DNA of 64,000 nt, taken from contig NC_043006.1 of assembly GCF_006345805.1 (NCBI RefSeq), forward strand, positions 22,878,001 through 22,942,000, written 5' to 3'. Below, one piece after another: positions 38,674 to 51,206 of this stretch; within the stretch, counting starts at the first letter, position 1, and every line of letters begins with the position of its first letter. A program made the translations under genes and the position numbers. The notes beneath the pieces are model-generated. The model searched no databases, was not told where the DNA came from, and worked only from the letters and a program-made list of their open reading frames with translations. Source of the DNA: Octopus sinensis (taxonomy: Eukaryota).

Positions 38674-39093
38674 GGATCTTTTCGGTTTGAACGGCAATTT
38701 TTAACATAATTTCTAGGTAACTAAAAAATTTTAAACTTCGTATACTGGTAGAATGTGTTTATAAAACATCTTTTTCTTTTGGCTTTATTGAGAAAATTCT
38801 ATAGTTTGTAAGATATTTGTTGGGTTTTTTTCCTTCAATTTCTGCAATTTCAACCAATCAATTACGTGTATTGAGGTAAAAAAAACATTCTGTGCCGTAT
38901 GAATATGTCCCTCGTTTAAGAAACAGATTGGGTTTATTTAAATTTGCGATGAAAAAAAGACACCCTTCCCCCCACCCCTAACCCTAACCCTAAAACAGAT
39001 TGAAATGCAATAGATCGATTCTAGGGTCATAATTATAGGTGACAATTTCATATGACACCGCTAGAAAAACTGCCGTTCAAACCGAAAAGATCC
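38674..39093 (+). mobile_element. MITE family F flanked by a long direct repeat instead of an 8-bp TSD
   Basis: TIRs intact; CTGGCAGCTATAACTGGCTGTGCATTCTTCTTATTCC at 38622-38658 and 39094-39130. Confidence 0.9.
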
Positions 39094-39302
39094 CTGGCAG
39101 CTATAACTGGCTGTGCATTCTTCTTATTCCACCCTTCCCCAAAGAAAAATCTACTTTGCAGCTGTCCGGCGATTTTGCGGTACTGTATGCTAATGTTTCT
39201 TAATCTTTTGTGTCTCACACACCACTTCGATTTCCCAGAAAAACGTGCGCCCCAGCTTGACAAGATGTAGAGCGAGATTTTAACGGTATCTTGATCGAGA
39301 TT

Positions 39303-39970
39303 AAGGAGACGAGCTGGCAGAAACGTTAGCACGACGGGCGAAATGCTTTGCGGTATTTCATCTGCCGCTACGTTCTGAGTTCAAATTCCGCCGAGGTTGA
39401 CTTTGCTTTTCATCCTTTTGGGGTCGATTAAATAAGTACCAGTTACGCACTGGGATCGATATAATCGACTTAATCCGTTTGTCTGTCCTTGTTTGTCCTC
39501 TCTGTGTTTAGCCCCTTGTGGGTAGTAAAGACATAGGTATCTTGATCGAGATTAAGGCGACGAGCTGGCAGAAACGTTCGCACGCCGGGCGAAATGCTTC
39601 GCGGTATTTCGTCTGCCGCTGCGTTCTGAGTTCAAATTCCGCCGAGGTCAACTTTGCCTTCCATTCTTTCGGGGTCGATTAAATAAGCACCAGTTACGCA
39701 CTGGGGTCGATATAATCGACTTAACCAGTTTGTCTATCCTTGTTTGTCCTCTCTGTGTTTAGCCCCTTGTGGGTAGTAAAGAAATAAGTATTTCGTCTGC
39801 CGTTACGTTCTGAGTTCAAATTCCGCCGAGGTCAACTTTGCCTTTCATCCTTTCGGGGTCGATAAAATAAGTATCAGTTAAGCACTGGTGTCGGCATAAT
39901 CGACTTAACCAGTTTGTCTGTCCTTGTTTGTCCCCTCTGTGTTTAGCCCCTTGTGGGCAGTAAAGAAATA
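39303..39970 (+). mobile_element. SINE-A monomer plus SINE-A dimer separated and flanked by the same 18-mer
   Basis: GGTATCTTGATCGAGATT at 39285, 39536 and 39971; heads at 39303 and 39554. Confidence 0.9.
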
Positions 39971-41544
39971 GGTATCTTGATCGAGATTTTAATTCAAGAC
40001 TATATTTTTTTACGGGTGCTCACGTATATGACAACGACGACGACGAAAATATCTCTCGGCCTGAAAATATCAGTCATATCATCCTCAAATCGTAACCTAC
40101 CCTTTTTGAGAGAGAGAGAAAAAAGAAGAAAATGAAACATCGGATAGTATAGTCCTAAATAAATTATGTCTTGAAAATAAATGCTCGTGATGGTTATGAT
40201 AGGAAGGCCTTAGGCATTATCGTTATTATATATCTGCGTAGAATGCCTATGTGTTTATATTTATTTTGTTGTAATTAAGATTTTGGAAGAGTCTAGGAAA
40301 ACTATCCGTATCTTTACACAATCATATATGTTATGCTGGTTTAGCCAGACTGAAATATCGTACAATTCACGTTATAACGAGATTTTGATCGAGATTGTAA
40401 TATAACCATGACCATTTATGTTTATGGTCCGTTTAGTGCAAGTTGGTGTGAAAAAGGACTGGTCATATATCTCCTTTATGAAGGCTGACCTGAATTATAG
40501 CATCAACAGCAATGGTATGTAGCATTACTCCTCAATATCAACCGAAGAAAGAACCGTTGATATAATATATATATAATACAATGAAAAGGAGGGATTGATA
40601 GCTGACAGTTAACATTATTGTTTGACTAAGTATACGGAAGTAAAGAATTCGTCACCATTATCTCTATCACCTGTATTCTACGAAACAAATTTTTCAAACA
40701 AATATTTGAATGTCTGATTCATTTTGGCTTTGTCTCCTGCGCTAAAAATAGAGGCCATCTTCAAATCTATAATAAAAGTGAAATTCTCTCTGTCCGTCTT
40801 GGACTCCTGTATCTCAGCCTACATTTGCCGTACATGGACATATACCGTTTTGGAATCAGGATGATCTCAAGATTGAAAATCTGCCCTTCATTTGGTTCTT
40901 GAACATCCAGTACTGCGATCTGATTTAAAAGAATTTGGGTTGCCATTTCTAGTAGGTAAAGCTTGGCTAATTCATGCCATCTTGGTGGTGTTTGTCAGAC
41001 GACGTCAGAGATCAAGGGGGAGATAAATGATATTCGCTTCGTTAATTTTATGCTGAGATAAGAAATGCGGGACAAATTGGCCAACAGTTGGAATTGAACT
41101 TGGGACTGGATTGCAGAATCAATTCTCATCCGTCCTTAACCACTGATCAAACACCACCGGGACATATAGTCATTATAGACGTACTATAGTCATACTATTT
41201 AGCCATCTTTAGTTTTGGGTTGCAGGCCCAATTAGCCCTCCGCAGGTGAAGTGTAATATGTACTATAAAGTCTAATGTGCACAATAAACAGCGAGAATCA
41301 AAACGATGACACTCATATTCATTCTTAATAACGTTCAGGTACATTAGAACGTGAAAATGCCAGCCGCTGTTGTATTTCGCCTTCGGAGAACAACTCCTTT
41401 CAGATCTATGTGTGTTCGTAGTACACTCGATTCAATGGGGGTAAAGTGACTTTGGGATATCAGTGTTTCAATCTTGCTGTGTGTTTTCTTAAACAAAATA
41501 CCACGGACTAATGGATCTAATGAAAGTTTTTTTTTATCTTCTTT

Positions 41545-41745
41545 ATACCTATTTCTTTACTACCCACAAGGGGCTAAACATAGAGAAGACAAACAAGGAC
41601 AGACAAACGGATTAAGTCGATTATATCGACCTCAGTGCGTAACTGGTACTTATTTAATCGACCCCGAAAGGATGAAAGGCAAAGTCGACCTCGGCGGAAT
41701 TTGAACTCAAGAACGTAGCGGCAGACGAAATACCGCCAAGTATTG
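41545..41745 (-). mobile_element. SINE family A, 5'-truncated
   Basis: Body plus A1 tail. Confidence 0.8.
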
Positions 41746-42145
41746 CGCACCATTCAGCAACCAAATTACTTGCTGATGCGTTCTGATGTCTTCCAACCGA
41801 TAATAAATCGTAATGTGCACGGTAAACAACGAGACAGCGTGCATCAGTTTCGGCTGACGAGATACACGTCAAGGTTGAAATATCGATGCGCTAAAGGAAA
41901 AAAAACCTACTTACCACAAAGTCACGCCTGCAACTCACTCTAAAAGATGGAAGTATATAGCAAGTATGTTGCGAGTGAAAGAACCTGTTTAAAAGAGAAT
42001 GTAAAAAAGGAGAAAGCAAAGTCTTCAGTGTGAGTATGTGGTTTGTGGGGTCAACCGCGTCCTCCGCTTCATTTTTTTGTTAATCACTCATTCTCATTTA
42101 ATTGTATATATTTTGTTTGTTTATTCATACGTTTCGTCTCATTCG

Positions 42146-42725
42146 ATACCTATTTCTTTACTACCCACAAGGACAGACAAACGGATTAAGTCGATTATAT
42201 CGACCCCAGTGCGTAACTGGTACTTATTTAATCGACCCCGAAAGGATGAAAGGCAAAGTCGACCTCGGCGGAATTTGAACTCAGAACGTAACGGCAGACG
42301 AAATACCTATTTCTTTACTACCCACAAGGGGCTAAACACAGAGTGGACAAACAAGGACAGACAAACGGATTAAGTCGATTATATCGACCTCCAGTGCGTA
42401 ACTGGTGCTTATTTAATCGACCCCGAAAGGATGAAAGGCAAAGTTGACCTCGGCGGAATTTGAACTCAGAACGTAACGGCAGACGAAATACCTATTTCTT
42501 TACTACCCACAAGGGGCTAAACACAGAGTGGACAAACAAGGACAGACAAACGGATTAAGTCGATTATATCGACCCCAGTGCGTAACTGGTACTTATTTTA
42601 TCGACCCCGAAAGGATGAAAGGCAAAGTCGACCTCGACGGAATTTGAACTCAGACCGTAGCGGCAGACAAAATAACGCTAAACATTTCGCCCGGCGTGCT
42701 AACGATTCTGCCAGCTCGCCGCCTT
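42146..42725 (-). mobile_element. SINE family A trimer
   Basis: Head plus three units; the terminal tail has a deletion. Confidence 0.9.
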
Positions 42726-42834
42726 TTCTGCCAGCTGACTCCCAACGATTGTTTTGTCTGTCCCCGTATTGTCCCCTCTTTTCTCAACCTTATGGTGAAT
42801 AAAGAAATTCTCTCTCTCTGTCTCTTTCTCTCTC

Positions 42835-42874
<40 letters not shown>

Positions 42875-43436
42875 ACGATGTACCGGCTAGGATTCCCTAA
42901 GTGAACGCATGACTTATTGCAGCTGAAAATAACAATGAAATGTCTTTCAAATTGCTCTCTGTTGTCTTAAACACGGAGAAACATTGGATTAAAAAAAAAA
43001 TGTTATGCGGCTCTATCTGGAAAACCCCCCCTTAGATCATAAGTCTGCTCGTTTAGCGCTGACAACGACAACAACAACAACAACAGCAACAACAACAACA
43101 GCAGCAGCAGTAACAACAATAACAACAAGAATAGCAACAATAACAATAACAGCAACAAGACCAACAGTAAGTGCAACTTGAGCATATATATATATTTCGT
43201 TAAACGTTAGTTAAATACGTCAGTCTCAGTGAGATTATCCCAGTGATAAGCCAACTAATCATCTTGATCATTTCCAGGACATTGACCTAATATCCAGACT
43301 ATATCTTTTGTAACATTTACCTCTACACAATATTTTCATTTGTTCGATCATCGATTGTCACTAGGCCTCTAATTCCTAGATGTGTCCGTGGTCCCAAGAT
43401 TAGATTTCATTTTTGAACATTTACCTTTGAGTTTCT

Positions 43437-44043
43437 TATTTCTTTATTGCTCACAAGGGGCTAAACATAGAGGGGACAAACAAGGACAGACAAACGGATT
43501 GAGTCGATTATATCGACCCCAGTGCGTAAAAGGTACTTATTTAATCGATCCCGAAAAGATGAAAGGCAAAGTCGACCTCGATGGAATTTGAACTCAGGAC
43601 GTAACGGCAGACGAAATACCTATTTCTATTTCTTTACTACCCACAAGGGGCTAAACACAGAGAGGACAAACAAGGACAGACAAACGGATTAGGTCGATTA
43701 TATCGACCCCAGTGCACAACAGGTACTTATTTAATCGACCCCGAAAGGATGAAAGGCAAAGTCGACCTCGGCGGAATTTGAACTCAGAACGTAGCGGCAG
43801 ACGAAATACCTGTTTCTTTATTACCCACAAGGGGCTAAACATAGAGGGGACAAACAAGGACAGATAAACAGATTAAGTCGATTACATCGACCCCAGTGTG
43901 TAACTGGTAGTTAATTTATCAACCCCGAAAGGATGAAAGGCAAAGTCGACCTCGACGGAATTTTAACTCAGAACGTAACGGCAGACGAAATACGGCTACG
44001 CATTTCGCCCGGCGTGCTAACGTTTCTGCCAGCTCGCCGCCTT
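43437..44043 (-). mobile_element. SINE family A trimer
   Basis: Head plus three units. Confidence 0.9.
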
Positions 44044-44232
44044 AAATATTTCCGCGTTACGCTTAGGTCACAATTGAACTCACGAACAGACGTTCAAATG
44101 TCAAGTGTCCGTCAATTTCGACCGCTGTGCAACGCTTTATAAATAAAACTTTCTGGTTTCGATTCAGTTTAGGACTCTGTACACATGCATAAGACGGTAA
44201 TAAACCACCGAATTGATTGAGATGAAGTGTAA

Positions 44233-44555
44233 ATGGCTCTCCGTCGGTTACGACGACGAGGGTTCTAGTTGTTCCGATCAACGGTACAGCTTGCTCATGA
44301 AATTTATGTGCAAGTGGCTGAGCACTTCATAGACACGCGTACCTTTAACGTAGTTCTCAGGGAACTTCATCGTGACACAGAATATGATAAAGCCGGACCT
44401 TTGAATTACGGGTACAACTCATTTTTGCCAGGTGAGTGGACTGGAGAAACATGAAATAACGTGTCTTGCTCAAGGACATAACGCATCGCCGGGAATCGAA
44501 CTCCCGACCTTATGATTGTGAGTCGATTACCCTTATCACTAAGCGACACTCCTTC
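44233..44555 (-). mobile_element. SINE family H (tRNA head, CORE-like body, B-type tail)
   Basis: Minus-strand B-box GGGAGTTCGATTCCC, CCTTGAGCAAGACAC CORE-like motif, and tail shared with family B. Confidence 0.8.
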
Positions 44556-44567
44556 ACCAAGTGAAAA

Positions 44568-44964
44568 TCTTTATATATAAAAGTGAAGTTGTGTGTCTGC
44601 CTCCTACGATTTAGATTCCTAACTACTCCCACATTTTGCGGTGCAGTTTAACCAAAAGCGGGTATCTTATAGTCGTGATTCATATCGAGCCTTTCTGGGT
44701 ATTAGCGCGCGTCTACGATGAGTCTACGATTTAAAAAAAATTACCATAATTTTTTTCCATTTTAATGCATTTTTTCGCTATTATATAAGGGAAGTAACTC
44801 TCTAAAAATGTCTACGATGAGTCAACGATTTAAAAAAAAATTTACCATCATTTTTTTCCCATTTTTAATGCATTTTTTTTGCTAATTTTTGGCTATAACT
44901 CTCTAAAAATGCTTATATAGTTATTTCCCTTACAAACCCGCGCAACGCCGGGCGATACTGCTAG
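44568..44964 (+). mobile_element. Non-autonomous Helitron-like element with an internal ~98-bp tandem duplication
   Basis: A|TC start; CCCG-CGCAACGC-CGGG hairpin, then CGATACTG-CTAG|T end; GTCTACGATGAGTC repeats at ~44711 and ~44810. Confidence 0.8.
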
Positions 44965-45502
44965 TATAATTATAAAACTATACTTTAACCTTTTTCTCTA
45001 CAGCAAGAATATTTTTCCATGACAAAATGTAGTGAATGGCTTTCTTACAAGTTCGTATATATGTCAAGCATATTTGAACTGGTAACAAGTATATATTTAT
45101 ATAAATCAACGATTAGCGCCTCCGATCTGTATTTTACTACGGTCGGCCGCCGGTTAGCGACACTAGGCAAAATATTCTGATTGGATTCTATCTAATAAGT
45201 GAGACCTAATCTCTTAGTTTGGAGTTGCCTCCCTTCCCAGTGTACGCTGCTGATGAGGAGATAAAAACTTAGAAATGCTTGCAATCATCGATCTGGATAG
45301 AGGGCGCTTCGAACTAATCTGGTGTGTTAACACATTTTTGTCTTCAGCGAGAATATTTCTTTATAACAAAGTGCAGTGAATATCATTACAGATTCTAATA
45401 CGTCTGAAGTGGTAACAAGTTTATATTTATATAAATCACTACTCAACGCTTGAGAAAGGAAAATTTCATCAGCTCAAAGTGAAATTTCTCTTCCGGACAT
45501 CA

Positions 45503-45826
45503 TTTGGAAAGAGGTAAATTCCATATGGCTAAAAGGTTTTTACAACAGATCGGAGCTCCGCCAGTCTTATGCCACTTATCTCACGTAGGAGCTCCGCAAG
45601 TTTTATGCCTTTTATCCTTAGGAGCAAATTTACTTCTTTTCTGAGTCTTCATAAAACAGATAGGTCCTTTTAGCCATATTCCCTTACATTCTCTACACAA
45701 GAAAACCCCAGTGTTCCGAGTTTCCTGAGTGTTTACAGCGTTCGGTATGCAAAGGATGTCCTCGTGCATCACACGGTTGTCAAGCACTTCTCATTTCCCA
45801 AACAGCAATCCTACGCAAAAAAAGAT
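45503..45826. mobile_element. Unclassified ~320-bp dispersed repeat (second copy 48794-~49115 inside Gypsy pol)
   Basis: Colinear copies TTTGGAAAGAGGTAAATTCC ... TTCCCAAACAGCA.TCCTAC; internal 14-bp inverted repeat. Confidence 0.75.
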
Positions 45827-47194
45827 CACTACCAACTTAACGGAGTCTTTTTTCCTCTCTTTTAGACAAAGACGACCCTGTAAACTGTACCCTATTATGG
45901 ATAAACCCTCTACTTTCGTTACCCGCTTTACTTCCAAGTCTACATTAAACATCCAAATTCCTCTACAAATCTATCACTTCCACTCCAATAGACACCAAGA
46001 GTGCATTGACATCAAGAGCGTATTGACTCCGTAAATCAGAGGTTCTCGGCGGTATTTGAAACCGTGACCTGCATTTAATATTAACCAGTAACAAATATCG
46101 TCTTTTCTTCAAAGCTCAAATACTTGTAATTAACTTTTTAATGTCAACAGCATTAAATGAGTTAACATTAACATAAAATATAGAAAAAGGAAAGAACGGA
46201 AGATATGGATAGAAAAGAATGTGAAAGGTTAGACAGAAAGAAAATGATAAAAATATACTAGGAAACCAGTCATTTGTATTAATTTTATATTTCTCCTTAT
46301 GACTAATAGTTAGTAGAATTTCCTAGAAATAATCCTCGGGTCTTTCAGTTGGCAATATTCCAACTGTTGTTATGTTACGTTACATGCTTTCTCGACTGCT
46401 GTTAACGCTTCTTTTTTCTCAAAAAATATATTTACATATTAAAAATATTCTTCTTAACCAAACAGTCATCCAAATGTAGATATTTCTTCAGAAATGATTT
46501 AAGCGTAATACAAAATAGTTTGGTGGCAAGAAGCCAGCTTTGCAACTTTTAGCTTTCAAATGAACTTTATTGTACGTAATAAGTGCAGAATGACCGAGAC
46601 GGTTCATCTGATGGAAGGCCAACGGCCCACATTTTGACACCCGCATTGCAACTACTCTTGAACAAAGCTCATTTTGTCAAAATATACATTTGTATAATGC
46701 GTGTGTACAATTTACCACAGTAATGATCAAGATACACAGTAAAGCTAATTTTGTTTTAACCACAATATCAAATTTTACAACATATGTATGTATGTAAAAG
46801 TCAAATAAGTAACAAGGACGTCAAGGTTTGTATGTATGTATGTATGTATTATGTGTGTGTGCTTGTCTCCCTGAGGAAATGATAAAAGAATGGGGTGAAA
46901 GTGGGTAGAAGAATATTTCTTACTAAGGTAGCGTGACATTTTTACTGTGACCAAGCAAACAACGAGGAGTATTGTTAGTAAGACATTAGCATTTTAAAGC
47001 TTACTGTATGAATTATGTTAATACCAAATACTTTCCGAGTGGAGGGTGTCCCTGAGGATCAATATCTTTCGGTGATTTATTCTATATGATGTACAATAAT
47101 CTCTCGCCATATCGCGACATATTTAGTTATATTCTACTACATTCCATATCATAATTTTCTTCAACTGAATTATCTTCAACTCAAACGACGATGA

Positions 47195-50100
47195 TATCTG
47201 CTATGAATCATGAAGTATTACCAATTTTCACAGGAGACATCGCTGTCTGGTTTGCCCAGTTAGAAGCATTTTTCTCTGCAAACAAACACAATTCAGACCA
47301 ACAGTAGCTTTACTTAGCATTATACCACCATCATTAACTGCGGCGGCGAGCTGGCTGAAACGTTAGCACGCCGGGCGAAATGCGTAGCCGTATTTCGTCT
47401 GTCGTTACGTTCTGAGTTCAAATTCCGCCGAGGTCGACTTTGCCTTTCATCCTTTCGGAGTCGATAAATAAAGTACCAGTGTCGCACTGGGGTCGATATA
47501 ATCGACTTAATCCGTTTGTCTGTCCTTGTTTGTCCCCTCTATGTTTAGCCCCTTGTGGGCAAAAAGAAATATATACCACCATCATTAACTGGAGAATTAC
47601 GAGATATTACTACAGCTCCACCGGCAGATGCAACGCATTCATCAATTAAAAATGAAATTTTAAGATGAAACTCGCTCTCTTCTGAAAAGAAGTTTCGAAA
47701 ACTTCCCAACGACGAGCATTTAGGAGACCGAACACCATCGCAAATGCTCAGAAAAATGCGGCAGCACACGAAGGACAACCCTGCTGAAAGTAAGTTGCTC
47801 AAACAATTCTTTTTCTCCAGATTACCACAGTATGTTCAAGGTATGCTCGCCCATTTGACCGACGTTAGCACAGTCGACCAACTTGCAGCGTCGGTAAATA
47901 AAATTTTGGAGTATACAAAACCCACTCCAGAACAGAACAACTCTCCTTTGCCAGTTGCTACAGTTTCCTCCGAATTCAAAGGACTGTAGATAAACTTGTT
48001 GCAGAAGTTCGTCTCTTGCATATCAATAGAAGTTCTTCACCTCGTCGCTATCGTCGTTCTAATTCCCGTTCTCCCAGCAGATCAAAACCTTTTTGCTGGT
48101 ATCATTATAAGTTTGGTTCTGCAGCTAAGAAATATATTTCACTTTGTACATTTAAAACTCAGGAAAACTAAAAAGCCAAACTCGAGCGTGACCGCAGTTC
48201 CTGACACATTTTCTCCCCGTCGCAAATTTTTCATACTAGATTTCGAGTCTAAGAAGGAATTTCTAGTCGATTCCGGAGCGTCCTGCAGTATATGGCCGTC
48301 TAAATTTGTTAAAGAAGAGCTTCTCGCTTCTGACATACCTCTTCAAGCAGTCAACAGCTCTCCTATTAAAACTTTCGGTGAGATTTCAGTCACACTGGAC
48401 CTGAATCTCAGACGAAATTTCCAGTGGGTTTTCACCATTGCTGACCTTTCTCATCCAATTTTAGGGGCTGATTTTCTCCACCATTTTTCACTATTAGTGG
48501 ATGTCGAAAGAAAGAGACTTATTGATAGCAGTACACAATTCTGTGCTTTAGGAAGATATTTCAATTCCACTTCTGCCAGTTCACTATTTTTTATTGCCGA
48601 CAAATATCAAGCCTTGCTTCAATCCCTTCCTGAATTAAATTTAAGTTTCAATGTCAATGCTTCAGCACATACAACTACTCATCATATAACCACCAATGGA
48701 TCTCCCGTATTCTTGCGTCCTAGACGTTTACCACCTGAAAAACTCAAAGCTGCTAAAGCAGAGTTCAGGTATATGCTCCAGCTTGGAATATAATTTGGAA
48801 AGAGGTAAATTCCATATGGCTAAAAGCTTTTTACAACAAATCGGAGCTCCGCCAGTTTTATGTCACTTATCCCAGGTAGGAGCTCCGCAAGTTTTATGTC
48901 TTTTATCCTTAGGAGCAATTTTACTTCTTTTCTGAGTCTTCATAAAACAGATAGGTCCTTTTAGCCATATTCCTTTATCTCCTCTACATAATAAAACCCC
49001 AGTGTTCCGAGTCTCCCGAGTGCTTACAGTGTTCGGTATGCAAAGGATGTCCTCGTGCATCACACAGTCGTCAAGTACTTCTCGTTTCCCAAACAGCAGT
49101 CCTACCCCAAAAAGGATCCTTCAAAGAGTAACTGGTCATCACCACTCCATTTAGGGGAAAAGAAATCTGGTGATTCTAGACCTACTGGTGACTATATACG
49201 ATTCAACGCTATCACCATTCTAAATAGGTATCCTATATCACTATCCAAGATTTTGCATCTTCTCTGCATGGTTGCACTTTTTCTCAAAAATAGATTTGAT
49301 ACGCGCATACCATCAGATTCCTATAAATCCAGATGATTTTCCGAAAACGGCTACTGCAACTCCATTCGAGTCATTTGAATTTCTAACCATGCCCTTTGGG
49401 TTAAGGAACGCCGCCAGTACTTTTCAACGTTTCATTGATGAAGTAATACATGGATTAGATTTCGTCTACGCCTATATCGACGATCTTCTCATCGTTAGTT
49501 CTTCCGAGAAAGAACATGAGATTCGTTTGAAGCAACTTTTCGAAAGGCTTTCTCAATACAAAATTCGTATCAACGCTACCAAATGTATTTTCGGTGTGCC
49601 TTCTCTCACTTTCCTTGGACACAGCATTGATAAGGATGGAATTAGGCCTTTGCCAGAAAAAGGTTGAGGCTATCGTAAAAATCCCCAGTTCCTGTTTCAT
49701 TAAGACAGCTCAGGCAATTTCTTGGATTAGCTAATTTCTATCGACGTTTTATATCCCATTGTGCTGAAACTTTATACTCACTCAGCAAATTGCTGCAACA
49801 CCGTAAGAAGAGAACAGAAAATATCACTTTAACTCCTGCTGAAATACAAACTTTCGACAATGTTAAACAGAAACTCTCTCGTGTTTCCATGTTAGCTCAC
49901 CCCATTCCTGATGCCGAAATTTCTCTTGTAGTCGACGCGTCCGAAATTAGCGTCGGGGCAGTCATTCAACAACTCCACCATGGCGAATGGCAACCTCTGG
50001 AGTTTTTCTCCAAGCAGTTAAAACCAGCTGAAATTAAATATAGCGCGTTCAGTCGTGAACTGTTAGCAATTTACCTCACATTTTGGAAGGGAGAAACTTC

Positions 50101-50943
50101 ACAATATTTACGGACCATAAACCATTATCTTTTGCTTTACACTGCAAGCCATATAAATTTTCTCCGAGTGACATTCGACATTTGGATTACATTTCACAAT
50201 TCACGAGTGATATACGATATATTCCAAGTTCTGAGAACATTGTTGCAGTTTCTTTATCCCATTTACCTGTAAACGCGTTATTTTCAACTGCAGAAATTAA
50301 CTTAGACGAAACGTCTGAAGATCAGCCACCCGTTGATTTGAATAATATACAACAACCAGAATTAATTCCTTTTGACCTCCAATTTTTCCCAGTTGCAACA
50401 TCAAACAAACAGATCGTTTGCGATTTCCATTCTGGTAAACCTCGCGCATTAGTTCCCGAAAAGCATTGCCATATCGTTTTCTCAGCACTACACAATACTT
50501 CACATCTAGGTATAACAGCAACATTGAAGCTTATTACAGCTCGTTTCGTTTGACCGAACATGCGTCGAGACATAACTAATTAGACTCGTACCTGTGTCGA
50601 GTGTCAAAGATCCAAGGTACATAAACATATCCGCGCACCGTTAGGCAATTTTTCCACTCCAGATGCACGATTCCAGCACGTACATGTTGATATAGTAGGA
50701 CCTTGGCCTGATAGTCAGGACTACGCGTTTTTATTAACCTGTATCGATCGTTTTTCCCGCTGGCCAGAAGTCATTCCACCCACAGACATCTCTTCCCAAA
50801 CTGTGGCACATGCTTTAGTCACAGGATGGATCTCTCGTTTCGGAACACATTTAAAAATAACAACAGATCACGGATGTTAATTTGAAGCTATGCTTTTCCA
50901 GGAGCTTACCAAGATTTTAGAAAGTAAACACATCCATTCTACC
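47195..50943 (+). mobile_element. Decayed Ty3/Gypsy internal region (gag, protease, RT, RNase H, integrase), CsRn1/Kabuki-like
   Basis: gag LP.F..D..VWFAQLEAFF and LGDRTPSQMLRKMR; protease FLVDSGASCS; RT SKSNWSSPLH, FSKIDLIRAYHQIP, MPFGLRNA..TFQR, AYIDDLLI; RNase H VDASE..VGAV, PLEFFSKQL, YSAFSRELLAIY; integrase HHCC and HVDIVGP..CIDRFSRWPE..ITTD. Many stops and frameshifts; LTRs not found. Confidence 0.95.
47341..47571 (+). mobile_element. SINE family A monomer inserted in gag, 20-bp TSD
   Basis: TATACCACCATCATTAACTG at 47321-47340 and 47572-47591. Confidence 0.95.
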
Positions 50944-51206
50944 ACATTATTTACATTATTTACATTATTTACATTCGACGGATATTTGTCCTAATCTTGA
51001 TTTTTGTTAACACAACGTTTCGGCTGATATACCCCCCAGCCTTCTTCATCTGTCTTGGGGAAATTTCGAACCTGGGTTCTCATTCCTAAGTTATTTTTCC
51101 ATAATATTATTATTATTGTTGTTGTTGTTGTTGTTGTTGTTGCTGTTCAGGTCACTGCTTCGAGTCGAACTCGGAAACTTGAGGTTAGTAACCCGCGCTC
51201 TTAACC
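50944..51206 (-). mobile_element. tRNA-headed SINE-like element carrying a hammerhead-like motif and an (AATGTAAAT)n tail
   Basis: Minus strand: GGTTAAGAGCGCGGG-TTACTAA, B-box GAGTTCGACTC, (CAA/TAA)n spacer, GACAG-ATGAAGA-A-GGCTG..CAGCC-GAAAC-GTT-GTGTT, then a 9-mer tail. Confidence 0.75.

Noticed and set aside
40766-40952. Complete small Helitron (A|TC ... CTAG|T)
   Set aside because: The 5' end is Helitron-like but no hairpin precedes the CTAG, which appears to belong to a neighbouring decayed SINE; a fragment only.
41850-41890. CTGACGA..GAAA (also CTGATGA..GAAA near 45250)
   Set aside because: No stem II or stem I pairing; chance words.
46900-47190. 5' LTR and PBS of the Gypsy element
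   Set aside because: No TG..CA direct repeat or tRNA-complementary PBS found, and the 3' end is lost.
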